This document shows, in pieces, positions 1 to 13,194 of a DNA stretch of 64,000 nucleotides. How positions within the stretch are numbered: the first letter of the stretch is position 1; each line of letters begins with the position of its first letter. Source of the DNA: the human T2T-CHM13v2.0 reference genome, Homo sapiens. The notes below the pieces were generated by a model. The model worked only from the letters and a program-made list of their open reading frames with translations, had not been told where the DNA came from and ran no database searches. The stretch lies in NCBI RefSeq assembly GCF_009914755.1, contig NC_060928.1; one strand, 5' to 3'. Made by a program: the position numbers and the translations under genes.

Positions 1-1829
1 ATTATAAAAAAATTAGAACAGAATGCAGCCATTTGCATTCTTGCATTTTGTCTCTAATGAATAGTTGCAAAGATATTTCTTATAGAGACATACTTTCAAC
101 CCCATCTTCAAAAGATAAAATCATTCCTCTCCAGTAGACTTAGTCCCTGAAGATTCTTTCTGAAGACTCACCAAAAGGCATCTCCTAACTCCCCTGTCTT
201 GGAGTTAGGATCTCTGACTGCAGAAAATACTTAATTACACTGAGAACGAAAAATAGCTAAGACTATTTTCATCTTTGTAGTGAAGCCACTTAAAATACTG
301 ATTGCATGAGAAACAAAGGTATGCTATTTCCAGGAACTGACTTTTTTATGATTCATATTTCTAACATTGTTATTAGTCAGCAGAGAATTAAACATGATCT
401 CTGAGTGTTTATCTATTTTAAGAAATGCAAACTAATGAAGAGTAACATTTATGTATCTAATTAATAGTTAATGTTGCAGTCCCTCCTCAATATATGCTTT
501 CTTTCATTATAAAACATAATTAAACCATCTACTATTTATTGTCCTAGGTACCAACTAATGAGACTTGTGGTACTTAATCTGTACTTGATCTCATCTCTCT
601 GGCAGCCTCTCTGCTTTATTCACATTAATTTTGGTTCTAACAGTCACTACAGATTCTTCCATTCATTACTAACCCCAACTTAGCTTGGATGCACCTGTTC
701 GTATTACAAACGCATCTCAAAGTGAAAGACAATCATACTCAATTTCCACTCTTCCTGAGAGTGAAATATCTGTCAGTCAAGTGGAGAACTTCACTGTGGA
801 ATTTTCAGTTTCCTTTAAACTAGGCTTAATGTAACTAGACTTGCCCAGATGTGCCTGAGAAAGAGTGTCAAAAGGAAAATACCAAAATACAGGCACTAAT
901 GAAGCCAAGAATAGTTGCTTATTGTTCTTGACTCTTAGATCCTTTTTTTAATGACATGATAGGCTGACAAGAATTTAAGTGCTTGCCTTTCTTGACAAAG
1001 GCTAACTCAGTGTGTTGACATAATTGTGCAAAAGTACCTTACTGAAGTGCCAAATACAACAACGAAGTATAAGACCCGATTGATGTTGCATTGACAAATA
1101 CAATTCAATCTTTCTTAAGATTTGGCAGGTAATAAAAATTATTCCTGAGAGATTTTAGAAATTCACACCATGTGAGACAAATCTTGCCTTCATTTCACTT
1201 GACATTTTCATGTTTTATGCTTTCTGTCTTTTGGACATCATCTACTGTGGTATCAACTTTCCATTATTTACTCAACTCTTATTGATATTTTTATTCCTCT
1301 TTTTACTATATTTTACTTATAGCCTGAGGTCTGTAGGACTGGAAGGAAGCCTCACATTCAGAATTTGCAAAAGAGAAAGGTCATTTAAATAAAACTTTCA
1401 ATAGCCCAACTTCCTGACTTTTGGGTTGGAAGTTATTCTGCCAACTTTCTCCAAGTACAAGAAGTGACCTCAGATGGTAGAGACCATTGCCATCACATTA
1501 AATAGATGACTCATGCTTTGTGTATTTCCAGGATGGAGAGTTATTTCCTCCTGCGTTGCTTTCCATGTAGGCAGAGCAGAGAGGTCATCCTCTCACTACT
1601 CCCTGACTTCAAAGGAAATTCTAAATTTCAAAGTAAATATTATACATACACACACATATAAAAATTTATTTAGATTTCTGTATCTAGATTTCCATATAAA
1701 TCTTATCTACATTACTACATATAGAAATTTAAATAAGAAATAGATATAGAAACTTACCTAGAGACATCTATCTATATCTTGAAATTTTGAAAAAAAATGG
1801 CAGTTATTAAATTCACAGTGTAGAAGAAC

Positions 1830-2036
1830 AAATACTGAACTGTAAGTTAGAAAACCAGGTCACTTACTAGTCAAAGGTCCTTGAACAACACATGAAACAT
1901 CACTAAACCCAGAGTAGTTTACTCATTGGTATAATAATGATAATAACTCCTGTCCTATGTACTAGGTGATTGCAATCATAAAATAAAGTAATTATATGTA
2001 AACGTGATTTAAAACCCTTGAAGCCCTCTGCAACAT
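1830..2036 (+). mobile_element. MIR SINE remnant (the L1 below inserted at its 3' end)
   Basis: Decayed MIR-like core and tail (cacttactag...ccttgaacaac...actcattggtataataatgataataactcc...taattatatgtaaac); boundaries approximate. Confidence 0.55.
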
Positions 2037-2051
2037 TAAAGTTTTATTATT

Positions 2052-5000
2052 TTTTTTCATTATACTTTAAGTTCTGGGATACATGTGCAGAACGTGCAGG
2101 TTTGTTACATAGGTATACATATGCCATGGTGGTTTGCTGCACCCATCAACCCATCATCTACATTAGGTATTTCTCCTAATGTTATCCCTCCCCTAGCCCC
2201 CTATCCCATGACAGGCCCTGGTGTGTGATGTTCCCCTCTGTGTGGCCATGTGTTCTCATTGTTCAACTCCCACCTATGAGTGAGAACATGTGGTGTTTGG
2301 TTTTCTGTTCTTGTGTTAGTTTGCTGAAAATGATGGTTTCTGGCTTCATTTATGTCCCTGCAAAGGACATGAACTCATGCTTTTTTATGGCTGCATAGTA
2401 TTCCATGGTGTATATGTGCCACATATTCTTTATCCAGTCTATCTTTGATGGACATTTGGGTTGGTTCCAAGTCTTTGCTATTGTGAACAGTGCTGCAATA
2501 AACATATGTGTGCATGGGTCTTTATAGTAGAATGATTTATAATCCTTTGGGTATATACCCAATAATGGGATTGCTGGGTCAAATGGTATTTCTGGTTCTA
2601 GATCCTTGAGGAATCGCCATACTGTCTTCCACAATGGTTGATCTAATTTACACTCCCACCAACAGTGCAAAAGCGTTTCTATTTCTCCACATCCTCTCCA
2701 GCATCTGTTGTTTCCTGACTTTTTGATGATTGCCATTCTAACTGGCCATGGTTTTGATTTGCATTTCTCTAATGACCAGTAATTATGAGCATTTTTTCGT
2801 GTGTCTGTTGGCTGCATAAATGTGTTCTTTTGAGAAGTATCTGTTCACATCCTTTGCCCACTTTTCAATGGGGTTGTTTTTTTCTTGTAAATTTGTTTAA
2901 GTCCTTTCTAGATTCTGGATATTAGCCCTTTGTCAGATGGATAGATTGCAAACATTTTCTCCCATTCTGTAGGTTGCCTGTTCACTCTGATGATTGTTTC
3001 TTTTGCTGTGCAGAAGCTTTTTAGTTTAATTAGATGCCATTTGTCAATTTTGGCTTTTGTTCTCATTGCTTTTGGTGTTTTGGTCATGAAGTCTTTGCCC
3101 ATGCCTATGGCCTGAATGGTATTGCCTAGGTTTTCTTCTAGGGTTTCTATGGTTTTAGGTCTTATATTTAAGTCTTTAATCCATCTTGAGTTAATTTTTG
3201 TGTAAGTTGTAAGGCAGGGGTCCAGTTTCAGTTCTCCTACATATAGCTACCCCGTTTTCCCAACACCATTTATTAAATAAGGAATCATTTCCCCATTTCT
3301 TGTTTTTGTCAGGTTTGTCAAAGATCAGATGTTTCTAAATGTGTGGCATTACTTCTGAGGCCTCTGTTCTGTTTCATTGGTCTATATATCTGTTTTGATA
3401 CCAGTGTCATGCTGTTTTGGTTACTGTAGCCGTGTAGTATAGTTTGAAGTCAGGTAGCATGATGCCTCCAGCTTTGTTCTTTTTGCTTAAGATTGTCTTG
3501 GCTATACAGGCTCTTTTTTTGTTGCATATGAAACTTAAAGTAGTTGTTTTCTAATTCTGTGAAGAAAGTCAATGGTAGCTTGATGCGGATAGCATTGAAT
3601 CTATAAATTACTTTGGTCCGGATGGCCATTTTCATGATACTGATTCTTCCTATCCATGAGCATGGAATGTTTTTCCATTTGTTTGTGTCCTGTTTTATTT
3701 CCTTTAGCAGTGGTTTATAGTTCTCCTTGAAGAGGTCCTTCACATCCCTTGTAATTTGTATTCCTAGGTGTTTTATTCTCTTTGTAGCAATTGTGAATGG
3801 GAGTTCACTCATGATTTGGCTCTATTTCTATTATTTGTGTATAGGAATGGTTGTGATTTTTACACATTGATTTTGTATCTTGAGAATTTGCTGAAGTTGC
3901 TTATTAGCTTAAGGAGGTTTTGAGCTGAGACGATGGGGTTTTGTAAATATACAATCATGTCATCTGCAAACAGACACAATTTGACTTCCTCCCTCCCTGA
4001 GAGAGGCAACCTTGTGAGAGATGGCATCCTTGTCTGGTGCCAGTTTTCAAAGGGAATACTTCCCGCTTTTGCCCATTCAGTATGATATTGGCTATGGGTT
4101 TGTCATAAATAGCTCTCATTATTTTGAGATACATTCCACCAATACCGAACTTCTTGAGAGTTTTTGGCATGAAAGGGTGTTGAATTTTATCGAAGGCTTT
4201 TTCTTCATCTATTGAGAAAATCATGTGGTTTTTGTTGTTGGTTCTGTTTATGTGATGGATTGTGTGTATTCATTTGCATATGTTGAACCTGCCTTGCATC
4301 CCAGGGATGAAGCCGACTTGATCATGGTGGATAAGCTTTTTGATGTGCTGCTGGATTCAGTTTGCCAGTATTTTATTGAGGATATTCGCATTGATGTTCA
4401 TCAGGGATATTGTCCTGGAATTTTCTTTTTCGCTGTGTCTCTGCCAGGTTTTGGTATCAAGATGATTCTGGCCTCATAAAATGAGTTAGGGAGGAGTCCC
4501 TCTTTTTCTAATGCTTGGAATAATTTCAGAAGGAATGGTACCAACTCCTCTTTGTACCTCTGGTGGAAATCAGCTGTGAATCCATCTGCTCCTGTGCTTT
4601 TTTGGTTGGTAGGCTATGAATTACTGCCTCAATTTCAGAACTTGTTATTGGTCTAGTCAGGGATTCGACTTCTTCCTGGTTTAGACTTGGGAGGGTGTAC
4701 GTGTCCAGGAATGTAACCATTTCTTCTAGATTTTCTAGTTTATTTGCACAGAGGTGTTTATAGTATTTTCTGATGGTAGTTTGTATTTCTGTGGGATCAG
4801 TGGTGATATCCCCTTTATCATTTTTATTGTGTCAATTTGATTCTTCTCTCTTTTTTTCTTAATTAGTGTGGCTGGTGGTCTATCTATTTTGTTAACATTT
4901 TCAAAAAACAGCTCCTGGATTTGTTGATTTTTTGAAGGGTTTTTTGTGTCTCTATCTCTTTCCATTCTGTTCTGATTGTAGTTATTTCTTGTCTTCTGGT

Positions 5001-8000
5001 AGCTTTTGAATTTGTTTACTCTCGCTTCTTTAGTTCTTTTAATTGTGATATTAAGGTGTCGATTATAGATCTTTCCTGCTTTCTCCTGTGGGCATTTAGT
5101 GCTATAAATTTCCCTCTAACACTGCTTTAGCTGTGTCCCACAGATTCTGGTACGTTGTGTCTTTCTTCTCATTGGTTTCAAAGAACTTACTTATTTCTGC
5201 CTTAATTTCATTGTTTAGCCAGTAGTCATTCAGAAGCAGGTTGTTCAGTTTCCATGTAGTTGTGTGATTTTGAGTGAGTTTCTTAATCCTGAGTTCTAAT
5301 TTGATTGCACTGTGGTCTGAGAGACTGTTTGTTATGATTTCCATTCTTTTGCATTTATTGAGGAGTGTTTTACTTCCAATTATGTGGTCAATTTTAGAAT
5401 AAGTGCAATGTGGTGTTGAGAAGAATGTATACTCTGTTGATTTGGGGTGGAAAGTTCTGTAGATGTCTATTAAGTCTGCTTGGTCCAGAGCTGAGTTCAA
5501 GTCCTGAATATCCTTGTTAATTTTCTGTCTCGTTTATCTGTCTAACATTGATAGTGGGGTGTAAAGTCTCCCACTATTATTGCGTGGGAGTCTAAGTCTT
5601 TTTGTAGGTCTCTAAGAACTTGCTTTATGAATCTGGGTGCTCCTGTATTTGGTGCATATATATTTAGGATTGTTAGCTCTTCTTGTTGCATCAATCCCTT
5701 TAACATTATGTAATGCCCTTCTATGTCTCTTTTTTTCTTTGTTGGTTTAAAGTCTGTTTTATCAGACTAGGATTGCAACACTTGCTTTTTTTGTTTTTTT
5801 GCATTCCATTTTCTTGGTAAATCTTCCTCCATCCATTTATTTTGAGCCTATGTATGTCTTTGCATGTGAGATGGGTCTCCTGAATATAGCACACTGATGG
5901 GTGTTGACTCTTGATCCAATTTGCCAGTCTGTGTCTTTTAATTGGGGCATTTAGCATGTTTACATTTAAGGTTAATATTGTTATGTGTGAATTTGATCTT
6001 GTCATTATGATGCTAGCTGGTTATTTTGCCTGGTAGTTGATGCAGTTTCTTCATAGCATTGATGGTCTTTACAATTTGGTATGTTTTTGCAGTGGCTGGT
6101 ACTGGTGTTTCCTTTCCATATTTATTGCTTCCTTCAGGAGCTCTGGTAAGGCAGGCCTGGTGGTGACAAAATCTCTCAGCATTTGCTTTTCTGTAGAGGA
6201 TTTTATTTCTCCTTCACTTATGAGCTTAGTTTGGCTGGATATGAAATTCTCAGTTGAAAATTCTTTTCTTTAAGAATGTTGAATATTGGTCCCCACTCTC
6301 TTCTGGCTTGTAGGGTTTCTGCAGAGAGATCTGCTGGTAGTCTGATGGGCGTCCCTTTGTGGGTAACCTGACCTTTCTCTCTGGCTGCCCTTAACATTTT
6401 TTCCTTCATTTCAACCTTGGTGAATTTGATGATTATGTGTTGGGGTTGCCCTTCTTGAGGAGTATCTTTGTGGTGTTCTTTGTATTTCATGAATATGAAT
6501 GTTGGCCTGTCTTGCTAAGTTGGGATGTTCTCCTGGATAATATCCTGAAGTATGTTTTCCAGCTTGGTTCCATTCTCCTCGTCACTCTCAGGTACACCAA
6601 TCAAATGTAGGTTTGGTCTTTTCACACAGTCCTGTATTTCTTGGAGGCTTTGTTCATTCCTTTTCATTCTTTTTTCTCTAATCTTCTCTTCATGCTTTAT
6701 CTCATTAAGTTGATCTTCAATCTCTGATATCCTTTCTTCTGCTTGATCAGTTCAGCTATTGATACTTGTGTATGCCTCATGAAGTTTTCATTCTGTGTTT
6801 TTCAGCTCCATCAGGTCATTTATGTTCTTCTCTAAACTGGTTATTCTAGTTAGAAATTTGTCTAACCTTTTTTCAAGATTCTTAGCTTCCTTGCATTGGG
6901 TTAGAACATGCTCCTTTAGCATACAGGAGTTTGTTATTACCCACCTTCTGAAGCCTACTTCTGTCAGTTCATCAAACTAATTCTCTGTCCAGTTTTGTTC
7001 CCTTGCTCTGGAGGAATTGTGATCCTTTGTAGGAGAAGAGGCATTCTGGGTTTTGGAATTATCAGCCTTTTTGAGCTGGTTTCTTCTCATATTCGTGGAT
7101 TTATCTACCTTTGGTCTTCGATGCTGGTGACCTTCGGATGGGGTTTTTGTGTGGATGTCTTTTTTGTTGATGTAATGCTATTCCTTTCTGTTTGTTAGTT
7201 TTCCTTCTAACAGTCAGGCTTTTCTGCGGCAGGTGTGGAGGAGTTTGCTGGACGTCCACTCCAGACCCTGTTTGCCTGGGTATCACCAGCAGAGGCTGCA
7301 GAACAGGAAAGATTGCTGTCTGCTCCTTCCTCTGGAAGCTTCGTCTGAGAGGGGCACCTGCCAGATTCCAGCCAAAGCTCTCCTGTATGAGGTGTCTTTT
7401 GACCCCTGTTGGGAGGTGTCTCCTTGTCAGGAGGCACAGGGGTCAGCGAGTCACTTGAGGAGGCAGTCTGACCCTTAGCAGAACTTTAGCACTGTGCTGG
7501 GAGATCTGCTGCTCTCTTCAGTGCTGGCAGGCAGGAATGTTTAAGTCTACTGAAGCTGTGCCCACAGCTGCCCCTTCTGCCAGGTGCTCTGTGCCTGGGA
7601 GATGGGAGTTTTATCTATAAGCCCCAGACTGCAGCTGCTGCCTTTCTTTCAGAGATGCCCTTCCCAGAGAGGAAGAATCTAGAGAGGCAGTCTGGCTAGT
7701 GGCTTTGCTGGGCTGTGGTGGGCTCTGCCTAGTCTGAATGTCCCCTGCAGCTTTGTTTACACTATGAGGGGAAAACAGCCTACTCAAGCCTCAGTAATGG
7801 CAGACGCCCCTCCCTCCATCAAGCCAAGCATCCCAGATTGACTTCAGACTGCTGTGCTGGCAGCAAGAATTTCAAGCCAGTGGATCTTAGCTTGCTGGGC
7901 TCCCTGGGCATGGGATCCGCTGAGCTAGACCACTGTGCTTCCTGGGTTCAGCCCCCTTTCCAGGGAGTGAACGGTTCTGTCTCACTGGTGTTCCAGGCGC

Positions 8001-8428
8001 CACTGGGTATGAAAAAAAACTCATGCCGCTGGCTCAGTGTCTGCCCCAAATGGCCACCCAGTTTTGTGCTTGAAACCCAGGGCCCTGATGGTGTAGGCAC
8101 CTGAGGGAATCTCCTGGTCTGCAGGTTGAGAAGACCATGAGAAAAGCATAGTATCTTGGCTGGAATGCACTGTTCCTTAGGGCAGAGTCCCTCGTGGCTT
8201 CCCTTGGCTAGGGGAGGGAGTTCCCCCACTCCTTACCTTTCCCTGGTGATGCAACGCCCCACCCTGCTTAGGCTCACCCTCCATGGGCTGCATTCACTGT
8301 CTAACCAGTCCCAATGAGATGAGCCAGGTACCTCAGTGGGAAATGCAGAAATCACCCGTCTTCTCTGTTGATCTTGCTGGGAGCTGCAGACCAGAGATGT
8401 TCCTATTCAGCCATTTTGCAGCCACTGG
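2052..8428 (-). mobile_element. Full-length but inactivated LINE-1, L1PA7-like
   Basis: T-rich tail and L1PA 3'UTR at 2052; ORF2 fragments (EN MTRSNSHITILTLNVN 5721-6005, RT-region [13 protein letters not shown] 3955-4224, C-terminal CWRGCGE..HCWWEC 2350-2817); ORF1 fragment 6218-6490; 5'UTR ending ...tcctattcagccattttgc; perfect TSD taaagttttattatt at 2037-2051 and 8429-8443; many stops and frameshifts. Confidence 0.96.
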
Positions 8429-10740
8429 TAAAGTTTTATTATTAAATATGAAAGCTTGTTTTACTTGCCTGCAGTGGTCACAGACTTAGTTTAAGTTCCT
8501 TAAGGATCTTGTCTACAAAATCCTATTGGAAGCCAAAGGAAAACATGATTTTATGTATAACAATATTTGTTTTATCTATAAGATACAGCTACAGGAACAA
8601 GAAGTGCATTTGGGTGGATAATTATGCATAGAAGAATATTTATAAGTGAGGTTAAAAAAATGTTAGCATTATGCCCTAGTTGAGGGGGGGATTACACATT
8701 TCAGGGTGAAAAGCGTGAGCTGCAGGAGATCTCTGTTCGTTGGTTCCAGGACAGCTGTGTGTTTATCTCAGTAGTCTGGCCAACTGGTATCAGCTTTACT
8801 ATCACTGATCCCTGCCTCTCCCTCTGCTGTTCTGTGAAAGCCATACAGAATCTCAGCATGGACTTACAGCAAACTGTAGTTTGAATCTTCTCCTACCAAA
8901 TACATTGGCAATTGGAAATGACCAATTAAACCGAACACTGAGGCAGATTAAATCTGAACTGATTTGGGTTCACCCCTTTAAGACATTAGGATTAGTACCT
9001 ATTTTCATGCCTGTTAGTTCATGCCACACTTGATTCACTAGTAAACACAAGGCTCTGTCTCTTGAAATAACCAGCACACTCTGTGTTCAGCTTGGTTTAG
9101 AGCCATTCATCTTAGCTTTCCTTTTTTCCTACATTGGCGAAAGAGACCGAGGTATGTTTGATGGTATTTTTACATTTCCATAATCAGCCTGCACAAATGT
9201 GCACTGCCTACTGGCGACACTCTCACACTGGATGTTCCCAGATAATCCCAAACACCACCTACAATGATAAGTCACATGCCCTTTTTCAGGGCCCGGTTCA
9301 GAATGGCCAAGTGCTACTGTGCCTGTTAGTTTGTCCATGGCAGCTGGTTGGTGCTATGTTTACATGCTGGTGTGTTTGCTGAAATTCTGCCCAATCTCTG
9401 AAGGTGGTGTTTTTTCAATCATAATTTCTAGGTCATATACTATGTATATGTTTAGGGCTTGCAGCAGAGAAGAATTCTTGATATTTTTATAGTTCTGAAC
9501 TACCTTCTCCAAAATCCAACACCATTTTAGTATTACTCAGTCACCATGTCTCCATTCCAAATATTTTGATATCTCTTTTTTTGAAAGGAGGTAGCAAAAT
9601 CATTTCTGTCATAGGTAAGTGTGTAGAGACCACTGGAATAAATCTGTGACATGTTCCTGCCAAGATGTGGCATATTAAAAGTTTAATTGAGATTGAATGA
9701 AGTCATTTTAAAATGAAGAGAATAGCAGCAAGTAATAAAATTATGGTAGTGTTTTCACACATATTCTGGTATTCATATATTCACAGGTCTACCTTTCACT
9801 TGCTGAAAAGGAAAATGGTGACTCTATCTGTGATGTATTAATTATATTTATGTTTCCTAGAACCACAAATTCAGGTTCAATTACACTTGGTTAAGTCTTA
9901 CATCTTTGTTATAAATAATTTATATTTTCAAAAATTTCCTGGTTAGAAGTTTTGCATAACATTTGAAAGATGAACCTCTCTCTGTTTCATCCATGATTAA
10001 AATGCAGTGGAAATTTTCAGAAAGTTTGCATTCCATCTTAATGTTCGTGGGTAGAGTTTCTGGAATGCTGCTAAATATCTTAAGAAGTATTTCTTACAAC
10101 ATATTTAACCTTGTACATTTAGAAGAATTTAGCTTAGTGGCAGTATTAAATATTAAAAAAAATCATAGCTATAAAAATGTACCTTTATGCAATACTTGCG
10201 TTCTTGAAATTTTGCCTTTCCACATTTCTAGAAATAGAATATTTTTTGAATGACTTAAAACAATTTCAAAAATATATTTTCATACAGACTTATTTTTCAA
10301 ACATTATAAAAGTAATCTTTCAGAAGGTGATGTCTCTTTTCTTCTTTGTGGATTTTTCTTCCAAACGTCTACAATAAATATGAATTGCTTTTGCTATGAG
10401 AAAACATTTAATTTCTTATAAATTTTAAAAATTTCAAGCAATCTAAATATCCAACATAAGACTAAACTGTTACATCTTCATACAGTGAATTAATATCCAG
10501 TAATTATGAGTTTTAATGGCAGAGGCTATTTAATGACACAAAATGTAAATAATATATCACATGATAAAAGCTTGTTGCAAAATAGAAAAAAAACAAATTT
10601 TGGAAAGAAAACAATACAAAGGTACACATAAATAAAGAAAAAATACACAATGAATTGTTAACTGTAGTTGTCTCAGAGTGGTAGAAAGGTGGATGATTTT
10701 GCTCTCTTTAAAACTTTCTACATTTTCCTAATTTCTCTGA

Positions 10741-11092
<352 letters not shown>

Positions 11093-11303
11093 ATATACAT
11101 CTTCAAGAATTCTGTATTTTTGCAGGCATGACAAAGAGAGTGCAGCTGATCCAGGCACTGGGATTCGAACAAGCAAATTCACAGAAGTGTGAAAGAGGAC
11201 ATCACACTCAGTGAATGGCAAGCAAGTCTATAGTGCTGAAGACACATATGGGGCTCGATCGTATAAGAGGACATGAGCTATGCCAAGAAATTTAGTCTCT
11301 ATG

Positions 11304-11432
11304 CAGGGTGACCATACAGACTTGTTTACCTCTGAGAGTCCCAATTTAGTCCTATTATGGCTGTATAATTGTTAATAACACCAAATTATCAAAATTGCCT
11401 GGATTCAGATGATAAATTAAGTGGTTACCTTA
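11304..11432. mobile_element. MER94-like hAT-Blackjack MITE
   Basis: Terminal inverted repeats cagggtgacca / tggttacctta; internal tataattgttaataacacc and gatgataaatta resemble MER94. Confidence 0.7.
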
Positions 11433-11434
11433 TT

Positions 11435-12285
11435 TAGCCACTGGGAAACCACTGAAGAGTTATTACCAGGGGATTAACACAGCCAGACTTACATTCTGGA
11501 AAGAGATCTTGGCTGCATCCTGAAAAGTGCATTTTGGGGGGCTGCAGGACTATAGGAAGGAAGATCAGTTAGGATACTGTTGCAAAGTTTATGGGAACTA
11601 AGGCAGTAGCAGTAGAGTTAAAGTAGAGACAAGAAAGAAGATGCATATGAAAGAGCAGGTTTGGACATTCATATAAGATAAGTTTGAGGCATTTTAAGGT
11701 AGAAATGAGTTATTTTGATGCCGTTTGTAGAAGGTTCTAGAGCAGCACTATCCAGTAGAACTTTTGGCATTGATGGAAATGTTTTATGTTTGTTCTGTCC
11801 AGTATGGTAACCAGTAGCCACATGTGGCTAGTGAGGACTTCAAATTAAGTTTTAAGTTATATTAAGTATAATTAACTTAAATTTATCGAATAGCCATATG
11901 TGTCTAGTGGCTTTTGTATTAGACAGCACAGCTCTAGATATTTATCTGCTAGGATATGAGAGAGATCTGGGCTAAAGTGTAATTTTGTGAGGGATCAGTT
12001 AGGTGCTGACTTAATAGACGCATTGGCCAGCAGAGCTTGGATATTGAGAAAAGAGCAGGGTACCATATTTAAGGGATTGACAGAGGAGGAGAAGACTGCA
12101 AAGAAAGGCTAAAGATTAGTCAAAGGGCTGGGAGAAGGCCTAGGAGAGGAAGCTGGTTTGGTAATCAAAGAGACTGACAGTGTCAAGGAGTGCTTAACAG
12201 TGATGAAAGATTTTATGCTGTATGTACTTATCAAGTAAGATGAAGACACTTTGGAAATATTGAAGTAAAGAGGTTATAGAGGTAG
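11435..12285 (-). mobile_element. L2 LINE remnant, interrupted by MER3 and probably resuming after the ASS1 pseudogene
   Basis: Purine-rich antisense L2 motifs (ccactgggaaaccactgaagag, ggaagatcagttagg, tttggacattcatataag..gtttgagg). Confidence 0.6.
11743..11931 (+). mobile_element. MER3 hAT-Charlie DNA transposon
   Basis: cagcactatccagtagaactt...gatggaaatg...agccacatgtggctag...tattagacagcacag; 8-bp TSD-like flanks ttctagag / ctctagat. Confidence 0.85.
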
Positions 12286-12288
12286 AAT

Positions 12289-12311
12289 TATATATATATA
12301 TATATATATAT
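12289..12311. repeat. (TA)11 microsatellite at the 3' end of the ASS1 pseudogene
   Basis: tatatatatatatatatatatat read directly. Confidence 0.9.
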
Positions 12312-13194
12312 GTTTTCATCTTTTAATTGTCATTTTATAGTTCCCCACTGCAGCTGCCCTCCATCCTTACTTTTGATGATGACATTTGCAGGCTTCAGGG
12401 GAACCAGGGAACAAAGCTGGGGCCTGGCAGCCCCACTACACTGCCAGCTGGGGAGAGCAAGTCACACTTACAAATTTCTCACAACAATTAGTGCCTGTAC
12501 TTGGGGGATCTGCAAATATGAGGAGGCCCCAGCTCCTCATTGTACAGGGGTCTATTTGGCAGTGACCTTTCTCTGGAGATGATATTCCTTCAGCTTGAGG
12601 GAATTGATGTTGATGAACCCGGTGGAATCAATTGGCTCATAATCACCCTGCATGTTCATGCTCACCAGCTCCTTGTTGTAGAGAGACAGTGGGGACTCCC
12701 GGCTAAGGATGTACACCTGGCCCTTGAGGACAGACACCTGTACTTTCCCTTCCACTCGCTCCTGGGACTTGGCGATGCAGTGGTGGGCAAATTCACACTC
12801 AGGGCTGTGCTAGAAACCAGTATATATCAGCTCAGCAAATTTCAAGCCGAGGCCTGTTTGACTTTATGCACTTCCCAGTCCATGGTGAAGACCTTGATAT
12901 CTAAATAGGTGTGGTAAAGGATGGTGCCTGCTGGGGTCTCATAGATACCTCGAGACTTCATTCTAATGCAGCGGTTCTCCACGATGTCAGTACGGCCCAC
13001 ACTGTGCTTGCCCGTGACTTGACTCAGGTACACGAAGAGCTCCAAGGAGGTCTGGTGGGTGGTGCCATCCTTAACGTTGGTCATCTTCACAGGGACCCCT
13101 TTTTTGAACTCGATCTCGAGAATCTCAGGGGCGTTGGGGGCATTGGCCAGGTCCTGGGTCTTCATGTAGAGACCTGGAGGCGGTTGGTTCTTGG
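12312..13194 (-). pseudogene. ASS1P: 5'-truncated processed pseudogene of argininosuccinate synthase 1 (codons ~199-412 plus 3'UTR); which ASS1P copy cannot be determined
   Basis: Intronless translation [14 protein letters not shown]...[11 protein letters not shown]...[23 protein letters not shown]...[61 protein letters not shown] matches the ASS1 C-terminal half; 1-nt deletion near 12855; TGG>TAG at 12810-12812; native stop 12552-12554; ATTAAA signal at 12322-12327. Confidence 0.97.

Noticed and set aside
2350-6490. L1 ORF1/ORF2 fragments as functional CDS or an active element
   Set aside because: Broken into many short frames by stops, frameshifts and deletions; the same holds for 17114-21183.
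12552-13165. Functional ASS1 exons or retrogene
   Set aside because: Intronless, lacks the N-terminal ~198 codons, and has a frameshift and a premature TAG.
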